From contig OY968769.1 of the NCBI GenBank assembly GCA_963695345.1, positions 768,001 through 832,000 on the forward strand: a DNA stretch of 64,000 bases. The letters run 5' to 3'. Shown piece by piece: positions 61,961 to 64,000 of the stretch. Position 1 is the stretch's first letter; the number at the start of each line of letters is the position of its first letter. The notes beneath the pieces were generated by a model, which was not told the DNA's origin, did no database searches, and saw nothing but the letters and a program-made list of their open reading frames with translations. Position numbers and translations under genes: made by a program. The DNA is from an uncultured Methanomassiliicoccales archaeon (GTDB lineage Archaea > Thermoplasmatota > Thermoplasmata > Methanomassiliicoccales > UBA472).

Positions 61961-62701
61961 ATGATCATCGGAAAAAAGATCATCGTCAAGGACGAGGTCC
62001 CATCGACCAATGACCTGGCGAAATCGCTGGCGAATGAAGGGGAAGAGGAAGGCCTGGTCGTCACGGCAAGGACCCAGGTTGCTGGCAGGGGCCGCATGGG
62101 ACGCACCTGGTCCTCGCCGGAGGGCGGTCTGTACATATCCGTCCTTCTCCGTCCGAAGGTCCCGGCTCACGACATGCTCAGGATGACCGTTCTGGCCTGC
62201 GTCCCGGTGGCGCAGACGATCGAGGAGGCTTCCGGTTGCAAGGCGACCGTCAAGTGGCCCAACGACGTCGAGATCGATGGAAAAAAGGTCGCCGGCCTGC
62301 TGGTAGAATCTGCCTCCAAGGGAGGGGAGATCGCCTACCTCGTTCTGGGCATCGGAATCAATCTGAACCTGCAGCCGGAATCGCTGGGCGTTCCGGAGGC
62401 CACATCGGTGAGCGCCTGCGCCGGAAGACCGATCGACCGGGAGGCGTTCCTGAACATCCTCCTCTATCGGCTCGACTCATTCTACGCCTCGTTCCTTAAG
62501 GGAACGTTCGAGATGGCCGATTACATCAAACGATCTTCCACGGTCGGTTCTGATATCGAGGTTGAGGTGAATGGCAGTAAGGTCATCGGAAGGGCGACCG
62601 GAGTGGACATCACCGGCGCTCTCGTTGTGATGACGCCCGAGGGCAGCGAACACCGGCTGTCATCGGTGCATGATACCACGATAAGGAAGACCAATCGGTA
62701 A
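61961..62701 (+). CDS. birA: Biotin--protein ligase
   Basis: STND, QVAGRGRMGRTWSSP, KWPND, KKVAGLL and GIGINL. Confidence 0.95.
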   Translation: MIIGKKIIVKDEVPSTNDLAKSLANEGEEEGLVVTARTQVAGRGRMGRTWSSPEGGLYISVLLRPKVPAHDMLRMTVLACVPVAQTIEEASGCKATVKWPNDVEIDGKKVAGLLVESASKGGEIAYLVLGIGINLNLQPESLGVPEATSVSACAGRPIDREAFLNILLYRLDSFYASFLKGTFEMADYIKRSSTVGSDIEVEVNGSKVIGRATGVDITGALVVMTPEGSEHRLSSVHDTTIRKTNR

Positions 62702-62773
62702 GATTGGAATAATTTAGGCAAAAGGTGTTAACTGTGGGGCATCAATTCAAAGCATCGGACTGGAGGGTAAAAG

Positions 62774-64000
62774 ATGGGCGTCGAGGAAGCTAACAGGGAA
62801 TTGCGCGAGATGAAACGGAGGTCCCGCGCCGGAGGCGGCGCGGACAAGCAGGACAAGCATCACAAGCAGGGCAAGATGACCGCCAGGGAGCGGATAGATG
62901 CCCTGCTGGACCCCGGCTCGTTCGTCGAGTTCGATGCCTTCGTGACGCACCAGTCCTGTCACTTCGGCATGGACAAGCACAAGGTCCCGGGCGACGGCGT
63001 CGTCACCGGCCATGGCACCATCGACGGACGCCAGGTGTACGTCTTTGCCCAGGACTTCACCGTGTTCGCCGGTTCCGTCGGCAAGATGCACGCCCAGAAG
63101 ATCTGCAAGATGTACGATTTCGCGGTCAAGACCGGCGCCCCCATCATCGGCATCTACGATTCCGGCGGAGCGCGCATCCAGGAAGGGGCCGACTCGCTCT
63201 CCGGGTTCGGCGAGATATTCTTCCGGAACGCCCTGGCGTCCGGCGTGATACCGCAGATAGCCATGGTCATGGGGCCGTGCGCCGGGGGCGCCTCGTTCTC
63301 CCCCGCCATGAACGATTTCGTGTTCATGGTCAAGGGCAAATCGCACATGTTCGTGGTGGGGCCGGACGTCATCAAGGCGGTACAGAAGGAGGATGTCACG
63401 TTCGAGGAGCTGGGCGGGGCCATGACCCATGCCACCAAGAGCGGCACCGCCCACTTCGTGGCCGAGGACGACATGGACTGCATCAAGAAGGTCAAGAAGC
63501 TGGTCTCCTTCCTGCCATCCAACAACCTGGACACCGCCCCGCACGGCGTGGGGAAGGACGACCCGGAACGTCGGGAGGACTCCCTCGACACCATCGTGCC
63601 GGAGGACCCGACCAAAGGGCTACGACATGCGTGAGGTCATCAAGAAGGTGGCCGACGACGCCGAGTTCCTCGAGGTGCAGGAGCACTGGGCCAGGAACAT
63701 CGTGGTCGGCTTCGCCCACATGGACGGGATCAGCATCGGCATCGTCGCCAACGAACCCTCGGTCTACGCCGGCACGCTGGACAACAACTCGTCGATCAAA
63801 GCGGCCCGTTTCGTTCGGTTCTGCGATTCCTTCAACATCCCCATCGTCACCTTCGTGGACGTCCCTGGCTATCTGCCGTCGGCGGAGCAGGAATATGAAG
63901 GGCTGGTGCGCAACGCGGCCAAGCTGTTGTACGCCTACTGCGACGCCACCACGCCCGAAGGTGACGGTCATCACGCGCAAGGCCATCGGCGGGGCCTACT
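62774..64000 (+). CDS. Acyl-CoA carboxylase/methylmalonyl-CoA carboxyltransferase beta subunit; frameshifts at ~63615 and ~63955; runs off the right edge
   Basis: [27 protein letters not shown] and GPCAGGA; continues after the frameshift as YDMREVI...FVDVPGY. Confidence 0.93.

Overview
GC-rich archaeal DNA, most consistent with a Methanomassiliicoccales (Thermoplasmatota) methanogen. This is inferred from TATA-like boxes 25-30 nt before many starts, archaeal 'RHDIxNQL' PAS histidine kinases, BspA/FN3/InlB-B-like surface proteins, CooT-CooC and a tRNA without encoded CCA. About 50 kb left of a minus-strand tRNA-Leu(TAA) at 50829-50912 is accessory. It holds four large modular surface proteins, a beta-helix secreted protein, signalling genes, two different B12-binding sensor-type proteins, an RNase III with altered catalytic residues, and many small stress/resistance-type genes. 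To the right of the tRNA are more housekeeping-like genes: ArcE-like, CooT/CooC, a PadR-ABC exporter, BirA and a carboxyltransferase. More than a dozen genes carry single-base frameshifts, mostly in homopolymers; these look like long-read errors, and they hide or split genes in the ORF track. No integrase, transposase, reverse transcriptase or CRISPR array was seen. The best candidates for new biology are (1) a globin-like + CarH-type B12 protein clustered with DUF1638, flavodoxin and a hybrid kinase, (2) a second B12-binding protein heading a MacB/FtsX-type ABC operon, and (3) a probably non-cleaving RNase III. All family calls come from motif recognition by eye; no searches were run.
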